Notes under the pieces: generated by a model
What the model saw: the letters and a program-made list of their open reading frames with translations, nothing else
Told to the model about the DNA's origin: nothing
Databases searched by the model: none
Position numbers and translations under genes: made by a program
From: Thermoproteota archaeon
Lineage (GTDB): Archaea > Korarchaeota > Korarchaeia > Korarchaeales > Korarchaeaceae
DNA length: 64,000 bases
NCBI GenBank assembly: GCA_027492205.1
Contig: JAOZFN010000010.1
Location: forward strand, 61,924 to 125,923
Direction of reading: 5' to 3'
Shown here: piece after piece, positions 19,200-29,034 of the stretch
Position numbering within the stretch: position 1 is the stretch's first letter
Layout of the letters: each line of letters opens with the position of its first letter

Positions 19200-20087
19200 C
19201 TACCACCAGGGGGCGCTGGAGAGGACCTCCTCCAGGCTGGCCCTCACGAACAAGTGGAAGCACCTGCGCCTCCTGCGGTCCTGAGCCAGATCCACGTCCA
19301 GGAACCCCAGCCCCATCAACCTCTCAAAGACCTCCGCCGTCGCGGCCCTCCACTCTCGGAGTAAGTCCAGCCTTCCCTCCCTCCTGTACTCTGAGACGCT
19401 CCATGGGATCTCGACGAGGGCCAGCTCGGCCCTTGACCTCACTCCGATCACCCTGGGCCTCCTCAGCCGGTCCCCCTCCGGCCGAGAGTCCAGGCAGACG
19501 ACGGCCCCCCTGTCCAGGAGCTCGCCCGGCGTCGGCGGGGGTCTCTCGGCGGCCGTGATCGCCCTCACCCTCTCCGAGTCCAGGAACCACTCCGCCACGA
19601 CCCTGTCGGAGGGGATTCCCCTGTTCACCTCGTCAAGCATCTCCCCGTAGTAGCTCCTCACGTACGTTCTTATGACGGCGCCCAGCTTTCCCAGGTTGAG
19701 CCTGGAGTTTCCGCGCTGCAGGGGATCGAAGGTCCACCTCATGAGCCTCAGACCCTTGGAGAGGGCCGCCTCCCTCTGGGCCATCTTCAGCCTGAACCCG
19801 ACCCCCTTCCCCTGCCACTCAGGCACGACCCCCATCATGTGCGAGTAGTGATACGGGCCCTCCGGCCCTAGGCCGGTGAACCCGAAGACGAACCCGATCA
19901 GCCTTCCAGAAGACGGCTCGAACGCCCCCAGCACCATCCCCCCATTTTTCGCAGCGGCTATCAAAACGTGGGCGGGGACGCGCTCGATCTCGGGCATCCC
20001 CCAGGCGAGTTCCTGAACCTTCACCGCGTCCTCAAATTCCTCATACCGCAGGAGCGGGCGAATGACCACCTCCTCGCGTTCGGCCAT
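19200..20087 (-). CDS. GNAT acyltransferase (COG3375-like)
   Basis: YSHMMGV, QGKGVG, WTFDPL..N..LN..KLG, N.G..SDR. Confidence 0.85.
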   Translation of the reverse strand: MAEREEVVIRPLLRYEEFEDAVKVQELAWGMPEIERVPAHVLIAAAKNGGMVLGAFEPSSGRLIGFVFGFTGLGPEGPYHYSHMMGVVPEWQGKGVGFRLKMAQREAALSKGLRLMRWTFDPLQRGNSRLNLGKLGAVIRTYVRSYYGEMLDEVNRGIPSDRVVAEWFLDSERVRAITAAERPPPTPGELLDRGAVVCLDSRPEGDRLRRPRVIGVRSRAELALVEIPWSVSEYRREGRLDLLREWRAATAEVFERLMGLGFLDVDLAQDRRRRRCFHLFVRASLEEVLSSAPWW

Positions 20088-20178
20088 CCGGCTAGTCCCT
20101 CCCAGAGAGGGGAGTCCCGTGGGCAGCGCGTGGGTTCCGTCAGACGGCGGCTGGGTTTCCTCAAATCTTTCGGTGGAG

Positions 20179-20661
20179 TCACCCGCCGCTCAGCCAGTCC
20201 GCGCCTCCCCGCTTCGGTCTCAAGTGTACCTTACACGTCTCACCAGGTGTCAACCTCGCTTGGGCGCTCATCTGCTTACCCAGAACCTCGCCGACCATGA
20301 ATGCGAGCATTCCCCCCCAGGGGCAGGCCGTCCCCTCGAACTCGTACCCGCCCACCCTCTTCGGGCAGATGAGGCATCCATCAATGGTGGCCAAAACGGA
20401 GCCGTCATCCCCGACCTCGAACCTGAGGGACTCGGCGAGCCTGCTGGAGACCAGCGCCTCTGTCAGATCGTTCAGAGACTTCGGCTGACAGCCGCTCTCG
20501 GACATGTGCTTCACTATCTCCCTTCCGACAGCGTATCCCACCACGTTTATGACCGCCTGGGACGTCTTTCCCAGGACCCTCTCCATCCCGACCATGAAGC
20601 CTATGATCACGGCGTTGAGCAGATTCCCGGCGCACTTCGCAGGTGGGTCCAACCGAGACAC
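20179..20661 (-). CDS. V4R/Bet3-superfamily small-molecule-binding protein
   Basis: GYAVGREI helix, GCLIC, CPWGG, terminal CKV. Confidence 0.72.
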   Translation of the reverse strand: MSRLDPPAKCAGNLLNAVIIGFMVGMERVLGKTSQAVINVVGYAVGREIVKHMSESGCQPKSLNDLTEALVSSRLAESLRFEVGDDGSVLATIDGCLICPKRVGGYEFEGTACPWGGMLAFMVGEVLGKQMSAQARLTPGETCKVHLRPKRGGADWLSGG

Positions 20662-20714
20662 CTCTCCCCTGGGCTTTCAAAGACTCTCGGGGATTGTAGG
20701 TCCCGTCCAGCCTG

Positions 20715-21524
20715 CTACTTATTGAGATTACTCGAGGGGCGACTCACCCAGGCGGTCAGCGCCGCCGGAACGGCGCCGGCCGCGAGCCCGACTGTGGACG
20801 CGATCAGGGCCTCCACCCAACCCGCCTGGCTCGCTCGCCCAACTAGAACGGTGCCCACGAGCAGGTCCCAGGAGGAGTGCATAGCCACGGGCCCCCACAG
20901 GTTATCGGTCGCCTCGAGGTACAGGCACATCAGGAGTCCGAACCCGAACACGGTGTACAGGTGCCAGGCCGCCTCCAGCGGAGGGAGCCTGTGGACGAAC
21001 ACATCGATCGGCAGGTGAGAGACCGAGAAGAGCGCAGCCGACGCGATCGCCGCAATGACTGCACCCCTCCGGCTGGCTAAGTCCCTCTTCAGCTCCAAGT
21101 AGATGTATCCGCGGTCCATGGCCTCCTCGGAGAGGCCGACGACGCCCAAGACGTAGGCGGCATAGGCGACCCACGCCCAGTCCAGCCCAACCAGGCTCAG
21201 TCCGGGCCATCCAGAAAAGGCTGAGGGGACAAGGACCTCCTCCACCATCCAGGAGGCCGCCGCTCCGATCACGCCGACTGCGACCGCCCGAGGGCCCCCC
21301 CTGCGCGTGAGCCGCAGGTACGACAGTCCGCCTCCGTCGAAAGCCCTGGCGAATAGTACCGTCAGGCCGAATATCCCCGCGAGCTTCACGGGAATGTCGA
21401 GCAGGTAGAGCCAGACTCCTGGGCCCACGTAGACGCCTGTGAGGTAACGGTAGGGCGTCCACGTCGCCATGTGAGCTAGGTAGAGTCCGAGAGCGTGCCT
21501 CCAGTGCTTGGTCTGGCTTGCCAT
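20715..21524 (-). CDS. CPBP (Abi/Rce1-like) intramembrane metalloprotease
   Basis: EEAMDRG, FSVSH, HSSWD motifs. Confidence 0.9.
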   Translation of the reverse strand: MASQTKHWRHALGLYLAHMATWTPYRYLTGVYVGPGVWLYLLDIPVKLAGIFGLTVLFARAFDGGGLSYLRLTRRGGPRAVAVGVIGAAASWMVEEVLVPSAFSGWPGLSLVGLDWAWVAYAAYVLGVVGLSEEAMDRGYIYLELKRDLASRRGAVIAAIASAALFSVSHLPIDVFVHRLPPLEAAWHLYTVFGFGLLMCLYLEATDNLWGPVAMHSSWDLLVGTVLVGRASQAGWVEALIASTVGLAAGAVPAALTAWVSRPSSNLNK

Positions 21525-21578
21525 GCGACGCGGCCGACCCTCGCAACAGCCAAAAAATAAGGCCGGGGGGAGGCCCCG

Positions 21579-22109
21579 ATGAGGATAACCTACCGGGGCG
21601 TCGAGATCTCAGTGGTCGAGGGGGACATAACGGCCCAGGTTGTCGACGCGATCGTAAACCCGGCGAACCGGAGGCTGGTCATGGGTGGAGGGGTTGCAGG
21701 AGCCATAAGGAGGGCTGGAGGGGAGGAGATAGAGAGGGAGGCAGTGTCCAAGGGCCCCATCGAGATAGGTGAGGCCGTCGCCACCACCGCGGGGAGGCTG
21801 CCCGCCAGGTACGTGGTACACGCCCCGACCGTCAGGGGCCCGGGCGGGCGGGCGTCGCTCAGCTCCGCACGGGCGGCGACCCGGGCCGCCCTCCGACTCG
21901 CCGACAGGCTGAACCTGGAGTCGATCGCCTTCCCGGGCATGGGCACGGGCGTCGGCGGGTTGAGGATCTCCGAGGCCGTGAGGGCCATGGCGGAGGAGGT
22001 GAAGAGATTCATAGACGGGGGAACCGGGCTCAAGAGGATCGTCTTCGTGGCCTACGGCGAGGGCGCCTTCAGGGAGTTCCAGGAGGAAGTCAGGAGGGTC
22101 TTTGGGTGA
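21579..22109 (+). CDS. Macro domain (ADP-ribose-binding/hydrolase) protein
   Basis: GDIT, AIVNPAN, GGGVAGAI, FPGMGTGVGG. Confidence 0.95.
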   Translation: MRITYRGVEISVVEGDITAQVVDAIVNPANRRLVMGGGVAGAIRRAGGEEIEREAVSKGPIEIGEAVATTAGRLPARYVVHAPTVRGPGGRASLSSARAATRAALRLADRLNLESIAFPGMGTGVGGLRISEAVRAMAEEVKRFIDGGTGLKRIVFVAYGEGAFREFQEEVRRVFG

Positions 22110-22121
22110 ATGCCATCCCCT

Positions 22122-22403
22122 TCAGAGCCTGAGGCCGAGGGAGTCGAACAGCCTCTTCATCCTCCTGAGCTCCACGAGCAGACTGAATCCATCCTCGGTG
22201 AGTTCGTACCCCGTCCTGCCGCCCTCGACCTCCACCTCCCTGATGACGCCCCTCTCGAGCAGGTGGAAGAGGTACTCCCTCAGCCTAACGTGGGGGAGGT
22301 TGACCTCTTGGGTCAGCCTCGAGGGACCCAGGGCCCCGTGGGCCGACAGGGCCTCGAGCAGGTCGAGGATGATGGCGGCCTGAGAGCGGTAGGACCTCCG
22401 CAT
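22122..22403 (-). CDS. Winged-helix transcriptional regulator (COG3432-like)
   Basis: RS...IILDLL, NL....REYL..L...G.I, YELTEDG. Confidence 0.85.
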   Translation of the reverse strand: MRRSYRSQAAIILDLLEALSAHGALGPSRLTQEVNLPHVRLREYLFHLLERGVIREVEVEGGRTGYELTEDGFSLLVELRRMKRLFDSLGLRL

Positions 22404-22408
22404 TGGGC

Positions 22409-23020
22409 TCAGCCCCGCCAGCTCCTGACGAGTATGGCCAGCAGAGGTAGGAAGCCCGCCGCCTTGAGGGTCTCTCCGGCGAGGAACAGGGCTGGCCTGC
22501 CCAGAACGCCGGACAGGAGCAGGACCGCGTGTCCCGCCAGGAGGATGGAGTATCCGAGCGGCGCGAGCGGTGAACCCCTGAACTCGCCTCTGGAGGTGTA
22601 GGCTAGGAGGAGACCGAGCGGGATGAGGGCCAGGGCGTCGAACGCCATCCGGAGCCTCTCCGCGACGAACAGCGGGACGGCCGCCAACCTGACCTCAACC
22701 CCCTCGTGCGACACCACCAGGAGGGAGTACCCGAGCGGAAATGCCAGGCCGTGTAACGTCCACACGAGAGCCTGAGTCCCAGTTGGAGCTCTGAGCCACG
22801 GGGACCCCAATCCGACCCGGTGGTGGAGCCCCGCAGAGAGCGTGATGTAGCTCCCGAGCGCGGCCCCGAGGGCCAGCACGGCGAATCCAAGGGCCGCCCA
22901 CGCGAGGTGACGTGCCCCATACCTCCAGGCCCTGAGCGACAGGAGTGCCAACGCTGAGAGCGTGATCAGAGAGATCAGTTCGAGCAGACACACTATGAGG
23001 GAAAAATGAGGAGGGAGCAA
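22409..23020 (-). CDS. Multi-pass (6-7 TM) membrane protein, putative sensor
   Basis: Hydrophobic repeats LGFAVLALG / LGYSILLAGH; directly upstream of the wHTH gene. Confidence 0.65.
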   Translation of the reverse strand: MLPPHFSLIVCLLELISLITLSALALLSLRAWRYGARHLAWAALGFAVLALGAALGSYITLSAGLHHRVGLGSPWLRAPTGTQALVWTLHGLAFPLGYSLLVVSHEGVEVRLAAVPLFVAERLRMAFDALALIPLGLLLAYTSRGEFRGSPLAPLGYSILLAGHAVLLLSGVLGRPALFLAGETLKAAGFLPLLAILVRSWRG

Positions 23021-23039
23021 GGCAATACCTCTCCCTGCC

Positions 23040-23492
23040 TCATCCACCGAACCGGGAGGCCGTGAACCCGTCGTACCGCAATTCGGTGGCCATCCAGGCA
23101 CCCCAAGTCTCGCTGTAGTGGCAGGTCACCTCCACGCTCGTTCCTGGCCTTAGCTCGTCCACCAGATCCTCCCAAGAGATCCTCTGGCCATCGGTGTACC
23201 ACACGCCCCTGATCAGGACGTCGACGCTTTCGCCCGACGGGGTCCGAACGGTCAACCGCCCCACCGACTCTTCCATCTCGACTACGACTCCAATGACCGT
23301 TGAGGTCTCTTCGTAATATTCGCGCTCCTCCGCGTCGTGTCCATGATCCTCAGCGCCCGCTTCTGCCCACCACGGTCCATGGGCCTCCTCGCCCCCACCG
23401 GTGGAGCTCACCACCCTGGGCCCCCACAGCGGCACCGTGGCGATGACGACGGCCGCCGTCAGCACCAGGGCGAACTCGACTGCGTCGCTCAT
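23040..23492 (-). CDS. Membrane-anchored protein with His/acidic linker and OB-fold-like (DUF5666-like) domain
   Basis: N-terminal TM, EDHGHDAEE, GVVVE..., LRPGTSVEV, ATEL. Confidence 0.6.
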   Translation of the reverse strand: MSDAVEFALVLTAAVVIATVPLWGPRVVSSTGGGEEAHGPWWAEAGAEDHGHDAEEREYYEETSTVIGVVVEMEESVGRLTVRTPSGESVDVLIRGVWYTDGQRISWEDLVDELRPGTSVEVTCHYSETWGAWMATELRYDGFTASRFGG

Positions 23493-23493
23493 C

Positions 23494-23778
23494 TCAAGAC
23501 CTCCCGAACAGCCTCTTCACGAAGACCTTCAGGGGCCTGAAGTTCAGGTAGACGTGCAGCGTCACCAGTCCCCCCATGAGGAAGCCTGAGTAGTCGTGGA
23601 TGGTCTCCCAAGTACGCTTCTCCAATCCCAGCAGCTGGATATCCCCGCTGCCGGGGGCGTGGGGGGCAAAGTACAGGACTACGCCCGACAGTAGAAGTAT
23701 GGCGCCGAGGACCACCTGAGACAGGGACACGGCGGCGCGAACCTTCAGTATCCGAGAGTCGAAACTCACTCGCATCAC
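23494..23778 (-). CDS. DUF4405-family small membrane protein
   Basis: SGVVLY, W..IH..SG, LHVYLN (two TM His). Confidence 0.75.
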   Translation of the reverse strand: MMRVSFDSRILKVRAAVSLSQVVLGAILLLSGVVLYFAPHAPGSGDIQLLGLEKRTWETIHDYSGFLMGGLVTLHVYLNFRPLKVFVKRLFGRS

Positions 23779-23906
23779 CGAGATGTAAGTGATCGGAGGG
23801 GGTATATCGGGAATTCGGACAATTTGTCTGGAGACCGCATTCCAGTTGGCGACCGCGGCGGAGAGTTATCATAATATACCCGCGCGCGTGGCACTCGACC
23901 TCACAC

Positions 23907-25232
23907 ATGCGGAAGAGGTCCCTTAAGTGGGTCCTGCTGGCTGAGATGGCGCTCAGCGCGCTCTACACGGCGCTGACTAGGAGCGTCTTCCTGATCTACT
24001 TGGCCGACCTGGGGCTCGACCTGTCGGGCGTGTCTTACGTGTCGATATGGGGAGGCGCCCTAGCCCTCTTGGTAGGCGCCTACGCCTACAGGAGGCCGAG
24101 GGCCATCTCGAGGAGGGTGAAGCTGAAGCTCCTCGCGTCGCACCTCCTGGAGAGGCTCTGCTGGATTCCGATCGCCCTGGGCAAGACGGTGGGGGTGGTT
24201 GCCGCCGCCTACTCGGCCTACTCGGCCTTCCAAGCCCTGACTACGCTCGGGATGAACCTCGTGATCTTCGGCTCGTTCGACGAAGAGGGGGTTCAGGACG
24301 TCGTGGCTGGCAGGATCTCTAGCGGGGCGGCGGCGAGCATAGTGGGCATGATCCTCGCGACGGGCCTCCTGAGTCTGCTCAAGGGACCCGCGAAGTTTGA
24401 GGTGATCTTCTTCCTGGGCTCTGGGTTCGGGATCCTCTCTACCGGTCTGCTGGCCACTCAGGATCTGTCTCACCTCGAGGGAATCAGGGTCCCGGAGAGG
24501 GTGAGAGAAGAGGAGAGGATCTTCGCCGCCTCCGCCTACCAACTGGCCTTGGCCTCCTCCGGGGCTCTGTTCTCCATGTCCTGGATCCCCTACCTCATCC
24601 GCGTCGTCGACTACCCGGACTACCTCGTGGCCGCCATGACGCTCGTCGGCACGGCCACCAGCATATTCGGCGCCCCGATATGGAGGCACGTTGACCCCAG
24701 GAGGTACAAGCTGGGCGTGCTCGTCAACGCGATGACTCCGGTGCTCGTGCCCCTGTCGCCGCTTCCCGCCGTTCAGTTCGGGCTCTACGCCGCGGCCGCG
24801 TTCTCATTCAACGCGGCCAGCCTCTTGGGGACCTACCTGTTCGCGAAGTACAACAGGTGGCTGGGCTCCGTCAGGTCGAGCGCGCTCACGCTGGCGATCT
24901 CCGGGGCCGCCCAGCTCGGCGCCTCGGGGCTGGGGCTGTTCCTGGGATCCAGCTTCGAGCTGGCCTTCGCCCTCGCGGCGGCGCTCAAGTTCGCGGCCCT
25001 CGCGCTCTCAGCGCTGATCGTGCCAGAGGTGGCCGTCGTCCCGCCCCACCTGGCAAAGGCGTACGCCAACGCGGCCTACGGGGCGACGCTAATGGGCTAC
25101 AGGGTGAGCGTCGCCATCACCAGAGAGACCCTCGTGGCCACGCTCAGGATGATCGCGCTGACGCTCGCCCTCCTCACCCTATACATCATATACAGGATCG
25201 CCGCGCTGCTGCTCACTGCGGGGGTGAGCTGA
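23907..25232 (+). CDS. MFS-like membrane transporter
   Basis: 12+ TM segments, 441 aa. Confidence 0.7.
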   Translation: MRKRSLKWVLLAEMALSALYTALTRSVFLIYLADLGLDLSGVSYVSIWGGALALLVGAYAYRRPRAISRRVKLKLLASHLLERLCWIPIALGKTVGVVAAAYSAYSAFQALTTLGMNLVIFGSFDEEGVQDVVAGRISSGAAASIVGMILATGLLSLLKGPAKFEVIFFLGSGFGILSTGLLATQDLSHLEGIRVPERVREEERIFAASAYQLALASSGALFSMSWIPYLIRVVDYPDYLVAAMTLVGTATSIFGAPIWRHVDPRRYKLGVLVNAMTPVLVPLSPLPAVQFGLYAAAAFSFNAASLLGTYLFAKYNRWLGSVRSSALTLAISGAAQLGASGLGLFLGSSFELAFALAAALKFAALALSALIVPEVAVVPPHLAKAYANAAYGATLMGYRVSVAITRETLVATLRMIALTLALLTLYIIYRIAALLLTAGVS

Positions 25233-25251
25233 TCTGCAGGCAGAGCACGTC

Positions 25252-25950
25252 GTGACGGTGATTGAGGATGTGCTGAGGCAGCTGGCGCAGGAACTCGCCG
25301 ACCTGGCGCCCAGGCTGTTCCTCGCCCTCGCGGCGATCATGGCCACGCTGGTGTCCGTCAAGGTGGTCAACATCTACCTCAGGAGACTCCTTAGGTTCTC
25401 GAGGGTCGACGAGGCCGTGGAGAGGTTCGCCGGTGGGAGGCCCCCGATCCTACTCTCCAGCGTCATCGTCGGGGCCGCAGACCTGGGTCTGGGGTTCATA
25501 GGGATCTACCTCGTCCTGGATCTCCTCCTCCCCCCGGACGTTATGGGGAGGGTCGACTCGGCCGCGCTTTACGCGGCCAGGGTGCTCAGCGTCCTGGCCA
25601 TGATCGGATTCGTTCTGCTGGCCTTCAACATGCTGATGAGCAGGATAAGGCTCGAGACGAAGCTCAAGAGCTACATGACGTTCATCTCGTTCCTCCTCGC
25701 CACGGCTCTGCTCATCGACGTCGTGGCGCTGTCTGACCCGGTGAAGCAGGCGCTGGTATCGGGCCTGGCGATCGGCATAGGCCTCTCCATCGCCGTGTTC
25801 GCCGCCTGGTTCTTCTTCTCGGACTACATAGAGCGATACGTCCGCGCTGTTGAGGATGGGCTCACCGGACCGGGGCGGAGTGAGGCACCGAATGAAGCCT
25901 CCGCCACCATGCCGGAGCAGAAACGCCCCCACAATGGGGTTAAGGGTTAA
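25252..25950 (+). CDS. TM-helix membrane protein (MscS-associated/CmpX-like)
   Basis: PRLFLALAA..., SRVDEAVE, GLAIGIGLSIA motif. Confidence 0.6.
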   Translation: MTVIEDVLRQLAQELADLAPRLFLALAAIMATLVSVKVVNIYLRRLLRFSRVDEAVERFAGGRPPILLSSVIVGAADLGLGFIGIYLVLDLLLPPDVMGRVDSAALYAARVLSVLAMIGFVLLAFNMLMSRIRLETKLKSYMTFISFLLATALLIDVVALSDPVKQALVSGLAIGIGLSIAVFAAWFFFSDYIERYVRAVEDGLTGPGRSEAPNEASATMPEQKRPHNGVKG

Positions 25951-26111
25951 AAGCCTGCTATGTCCGCTACCGGCGAACTGCCTAAGGGTGGCCCGAGTTG
26001 CCCAGGGGGGACGCTAGGGAGTCCACTGCTGCGTGGGTTCCCGCCTTCGCTCGTTACCCATCTTCCAACTGGACGGCGTCGTCCCCCTCCTTTAATCCCC
26101 TGTCCGTGATA

Positions 26112-26696
26112 ATGGACCGGTTCGGCTCCCTCTTAGGGACGCTGCTGGGTGTGATTCCACCCCTGGCGTTCCTGTACGGAGGGAGGAAGAGGGACAGGCC
26201 AGTTCTGAACCGAGTCCTCATTAAGTGGGATCCCGCGAGGGACAGAGTCGACGAGCTGGTCTCCGCCGTAAAGTCGCTCTGCGCCGGGAGGCCTTCCACG
26301 ATACTCACCAGAAGGGGCAGCCCCCTGGCCACCCAGATCAAGGGGGAGTTCGGCGAGAGGGGAAGGCTGATCTATCTGAAGCAGGGGGTCTCATACCCGA
26401 TCTCCACCGAGGACGCCCTCATAGCCGCCCCCACGACGCCGCACGTGATTAGCCTGATAAGAAGGGCCAGGGTAGAGTTCGGCGGGCCCATCGCCGTAGT
26501 GATAGACAGCCTCACGGATCTCGCGATGATCCTCGGAACCAAGAAGGCATACGAGCTCGTTCGAGAGATGCTGGACTCGCTGGAGGAGGAGGACAGGGTG
26601 GCCGCCATACTCGTGGGTGGGGCCCAGGGAGAGAGGGAGGAGATGCTCTTCAGATCCCTCTTCCCGAACGAGTTCCCCCTCGGCAAGCTAAAGTGA
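26112..26696 (+). CDS. Membrane-anchored DUF835-like inactive KaiC-type ATPase domain
   Basis: N-terminal TM; IAVVIDSLTDLAMILG...ELV, E...FRSLF; no Walker A. Confidence 0.6.
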   Translation: MDRFGSLLGTLLGVIPPLAFLYGGRKRDRPVLNRVLIKWDPARDRVDELVSAVKSLCAGRPSTILTRRGSPLATQIKGEFGERGRLIYLKQGVSYPISTEDALIAAPTTPHVISLIRRARVEFGGPIAVVIDSLTDLAMILGTKKAYELVREMLDSLEEEDRVAAILVGGAQGEREEMLFRSLFPNEFPLGKLK

Positions 26697-26714
26697 GCAT
26701 CGAGTTCTCTAAGA

Positions 26715-27068
26715 TCAGGGCACCCTAACCCTGACGCTTCCTCCGGGGAGCCTCCCGACGGCCTCGGCCGCCCTCCTCGCCCCCAGCATCAGCGCCTCGA
26801 AGAGTTCCTCGGGGCTCACGCCGAGCTTCTCGGCCGACTGCAGGAGGTCGTAGGCCCCCCTGACCCACACGGTCACCATCGATCCAAAGAGGCCGATCCT
26901 CAGGTGAGTCGGGACGTTCACGCCGGCGGGCATCAGCGCGAACCCCTCGGCCCTCCTCTCCGCCACGAATCCGGTGGATTCGATCACCCTCACAAGCTCC
27001 ATGGCCAGGTCCATCGCGTCTCCGGGCCCGGCGTCGGCCACGATCTCGACGCCAGCCAGCCTGGACAT
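26715..27068 (-). CDS. Hypothetical protein
   Basis: ATG with GAGGAG RBS, gene-like codon usage. Confidence 0.55.
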   Translation of the reverse strand: MSRLAGVEIVADAGPGDAMDLAMELVRVIESTGFVAERRAEGFALMPAGVNVPTHLRIGLFGSMVTVWVRGAYDLLQSAEKLGVSPEELFEALMLGARRAAEAVGRLPGGSVRVRVP

Positions 27069-27176
27069 CAGCTCCTCGGCGGGTCCGTGTTCGGGCAGAC
27101 TCTCACCGTGAAGAATCCCGCGACTCGTGTCAATTAACCTTTGTCCGCCGGGGACCAAAAAAGAGGGGGCCGGGGG

Positions 27177-28802
27177 TCAGGTCGGAGGGATCTCGTGGAA
27201 CAGCGTCCTCACGTCGACGCCCCTCCTCCTGTTGTAGACCATGTAACCCACGAAGATGGACGCTCCGGCCCCGTAGAAGAGCGAGATCCAGAGCATGTCG
27301 GAGATGGCGGCCCCCGACCCGATGAGGCTCAGGTAGAGCCAGAAGTTCAGCACCATCGTCGCTATCCCCGCGGCGGACATCAGGGGGATTCCAGCCACCT
27401 CGTGCCTCAGGGGGCTCCTCTCGTAGAGGTCGGACCTCATGAAGGGGAGGACCGTCGCGGCCGCGCCTCCGAAGACCGACGGGAACCACCACAGCAGGGT
27501 TGAGAGTCCGTCAAGGGTGTTGATGAAGCCGATCGCTCCCACGTAGTGAAGCTTCTCCGCGGCGTACCACCAGACTACGCTGAGCTGCCCAAGAACGGTC
27601 GCGAGCAGCACGGCCCTGGTGGGCGAGCCGTACCTGTTGACCTCCGCCAGGCTCTCCGGGAAGAACCTGTCGAACGACCAGGCAAACGGGAGCCTCGTGC
27701 TGACCAAGTAGAAGGCGGGGACGTCGTTTAACAGCCAGAGGGCGGCCATCAGGGCAACCAGGAGCTGTAACGCGGGCTGACCGGGCATGAGCCCCGCGGC
27801 GAAGAGCGGGAGCATGGGCCTCCCAGAGTAGGGCATCACCTCCGCGAGCCTGTCGCCCGCCTCGAAGAAGGCGCAGGTGTAGGCGCTGACGAACTCCCCG
27901 TAGGCCCCGTACAGCAGGAAGGCCGCGGAGACCATGTAGGCCGCGATGACCGCGACGGCCATGACGCCGCCCCAGACGGCGCTCTTCTTGACGTCCCTCA
28001 CCTCCCCGCCGATGTACGTGACCATGGCCCAGCTCCCCACGAACGCGAACATGGGGGACAGCAGGGCCCCGGCCGTGGCGTCCCAGCTTGACCTCACGTA
28101 GGCGGCGGGGTCCCACCCGGCCTCCCTGGCTATAGTGAGTATGGCGTCCCAGGTCCCGACCCCGAAGGTCGCGTCCCATAGGGCGTGGGCACGCCCAAGC
28201 CCCCTGATCATGGCCCAGAAGAAGGCGGCGCTCCCGAGCACGGGTATGGCGAAGAGAAGCCAGATCAGCCTGCTGTAAGCCCTGAGACCGAAGATGGAGA
28301 CCAGCCCCATGCCCAGCGTTATTGCGGTGCCCAGCGCAAGCATCCACTCGGGGCTCGTGGCGAGGAGGTCTCCGACTCGGAGCAGGGTCTGGCTGCCGAT
28401 CGCTCCTCCCGCGATCTGCAGAGAGAGGCCCCAATACCAGACGTCCCAGAAGGCTATGGTCCCGACGGCTATGGCGGTCGCGATCCAGTACCCCCAGCTC
28501 AGCACGAACCCCAGCAGGGGGTTGATGGTCCTGGAGATGTACACGTAGTCCCCGCCGGTCCTGGGCATGGCCATCAGCAGGTAGGTGTAGGCCAGCGCGG
28601 TCACTATGGCCGCCGCCCCGACTATCAGGAAGGCCAGGGGCACGTTGGCGCCGGGGTGGTCGTAGGAGACCTTCACGAGGAGCCAGTTCACCCCTCCCCC
28701 AATGGTCCAGGACATGGCCGTGGCTAGGGCCGTCCAGGGCCCCACGGTCCTGACCAGGCCGGAGGCCCTGCGCACGAACAGGGTGGGTCTACCAGACTCC
28801 AC
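27177..28802 (-). CDS. APC-family amino acid/polyamine permease
   Basis: FVRRASGLVR, MPRTGGDYVYISR, GEVR, FAWSFDR, FHEIPP. Confidence 0.92.
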   Translation of the reverse strand: MESGRPTLFVRRASGLVRTVGPWTALATAMSWTIGGGVNWLLVKVSYDHPGANVPLAFLIVGAAAIVTALAYTYLLMAMPRTGGDYVYISRTINPLLGFVLSWGYWIATAIAVGTIAFWDVWYWGLSLQIAGGAIGSQTLLRVGDLLATSPEWMLALGTAITLGMGLVSIFGLRAYSRLIWLLFAIPVLGSAAFFWAMIRGLGRAHALWDATFGVGTWDAILTIAREAGWDPAAYVRSSWDATAGALLSPMFAFVGSWAMVTYIGGEVRDVKKSAVWGGVMAVAVIAAYMVSAAFLLYGAYGEFVSAYTCAFFEAGDRLAEVMPYSGRPMLPLFAAGLMPGQPALQLLVALMAALWLLNDVPAFYLVSTRLPFAWSFDRFFPESLAEVNRYGSPTRAVLLATVLGQLSVVWWYAAEKLHYVGAIGFINTLDGLSTLLWWFPSVFGGAAATVLPFMRSDLYERSPLRHEVAGIPLMSAAGIATMVLNFWLYLSLIGSGAAISDMLWISLFYGAGASIFVGYMVYNRRRGVDVRTLFHEIPPT

Positions 28803-29034
28803 GCTGACACCTCCCGAGTGACGAGCCGAGGCCGCGAGACGAGAGTGGCTACCGCGGCCTCAGCCCTGGCCTGGCTCTGGGCCTGGGATCTCTATCTGGG
28901 ACTCAGACGGCCCGCTGATTCCAGCGAAAAGCAGGAAGGCGTTCACGCGGGCCGCCCTCACCGCACAGACCTCCCGGCCAGGGCCGGGGGGCCGCCGAGC
29001 GACAGATATTAAGGGTTTCTCTAGCGGGCTCCGG

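Noticed and set aside
20715-21524. CPBP protease as the CaaX-processing enzyme for the CVNI GTPase
   Set aside because: CPBP proteins are ubiquitous in prokaryotes, it lies 17 kb away, and no prenyltransferase is visible
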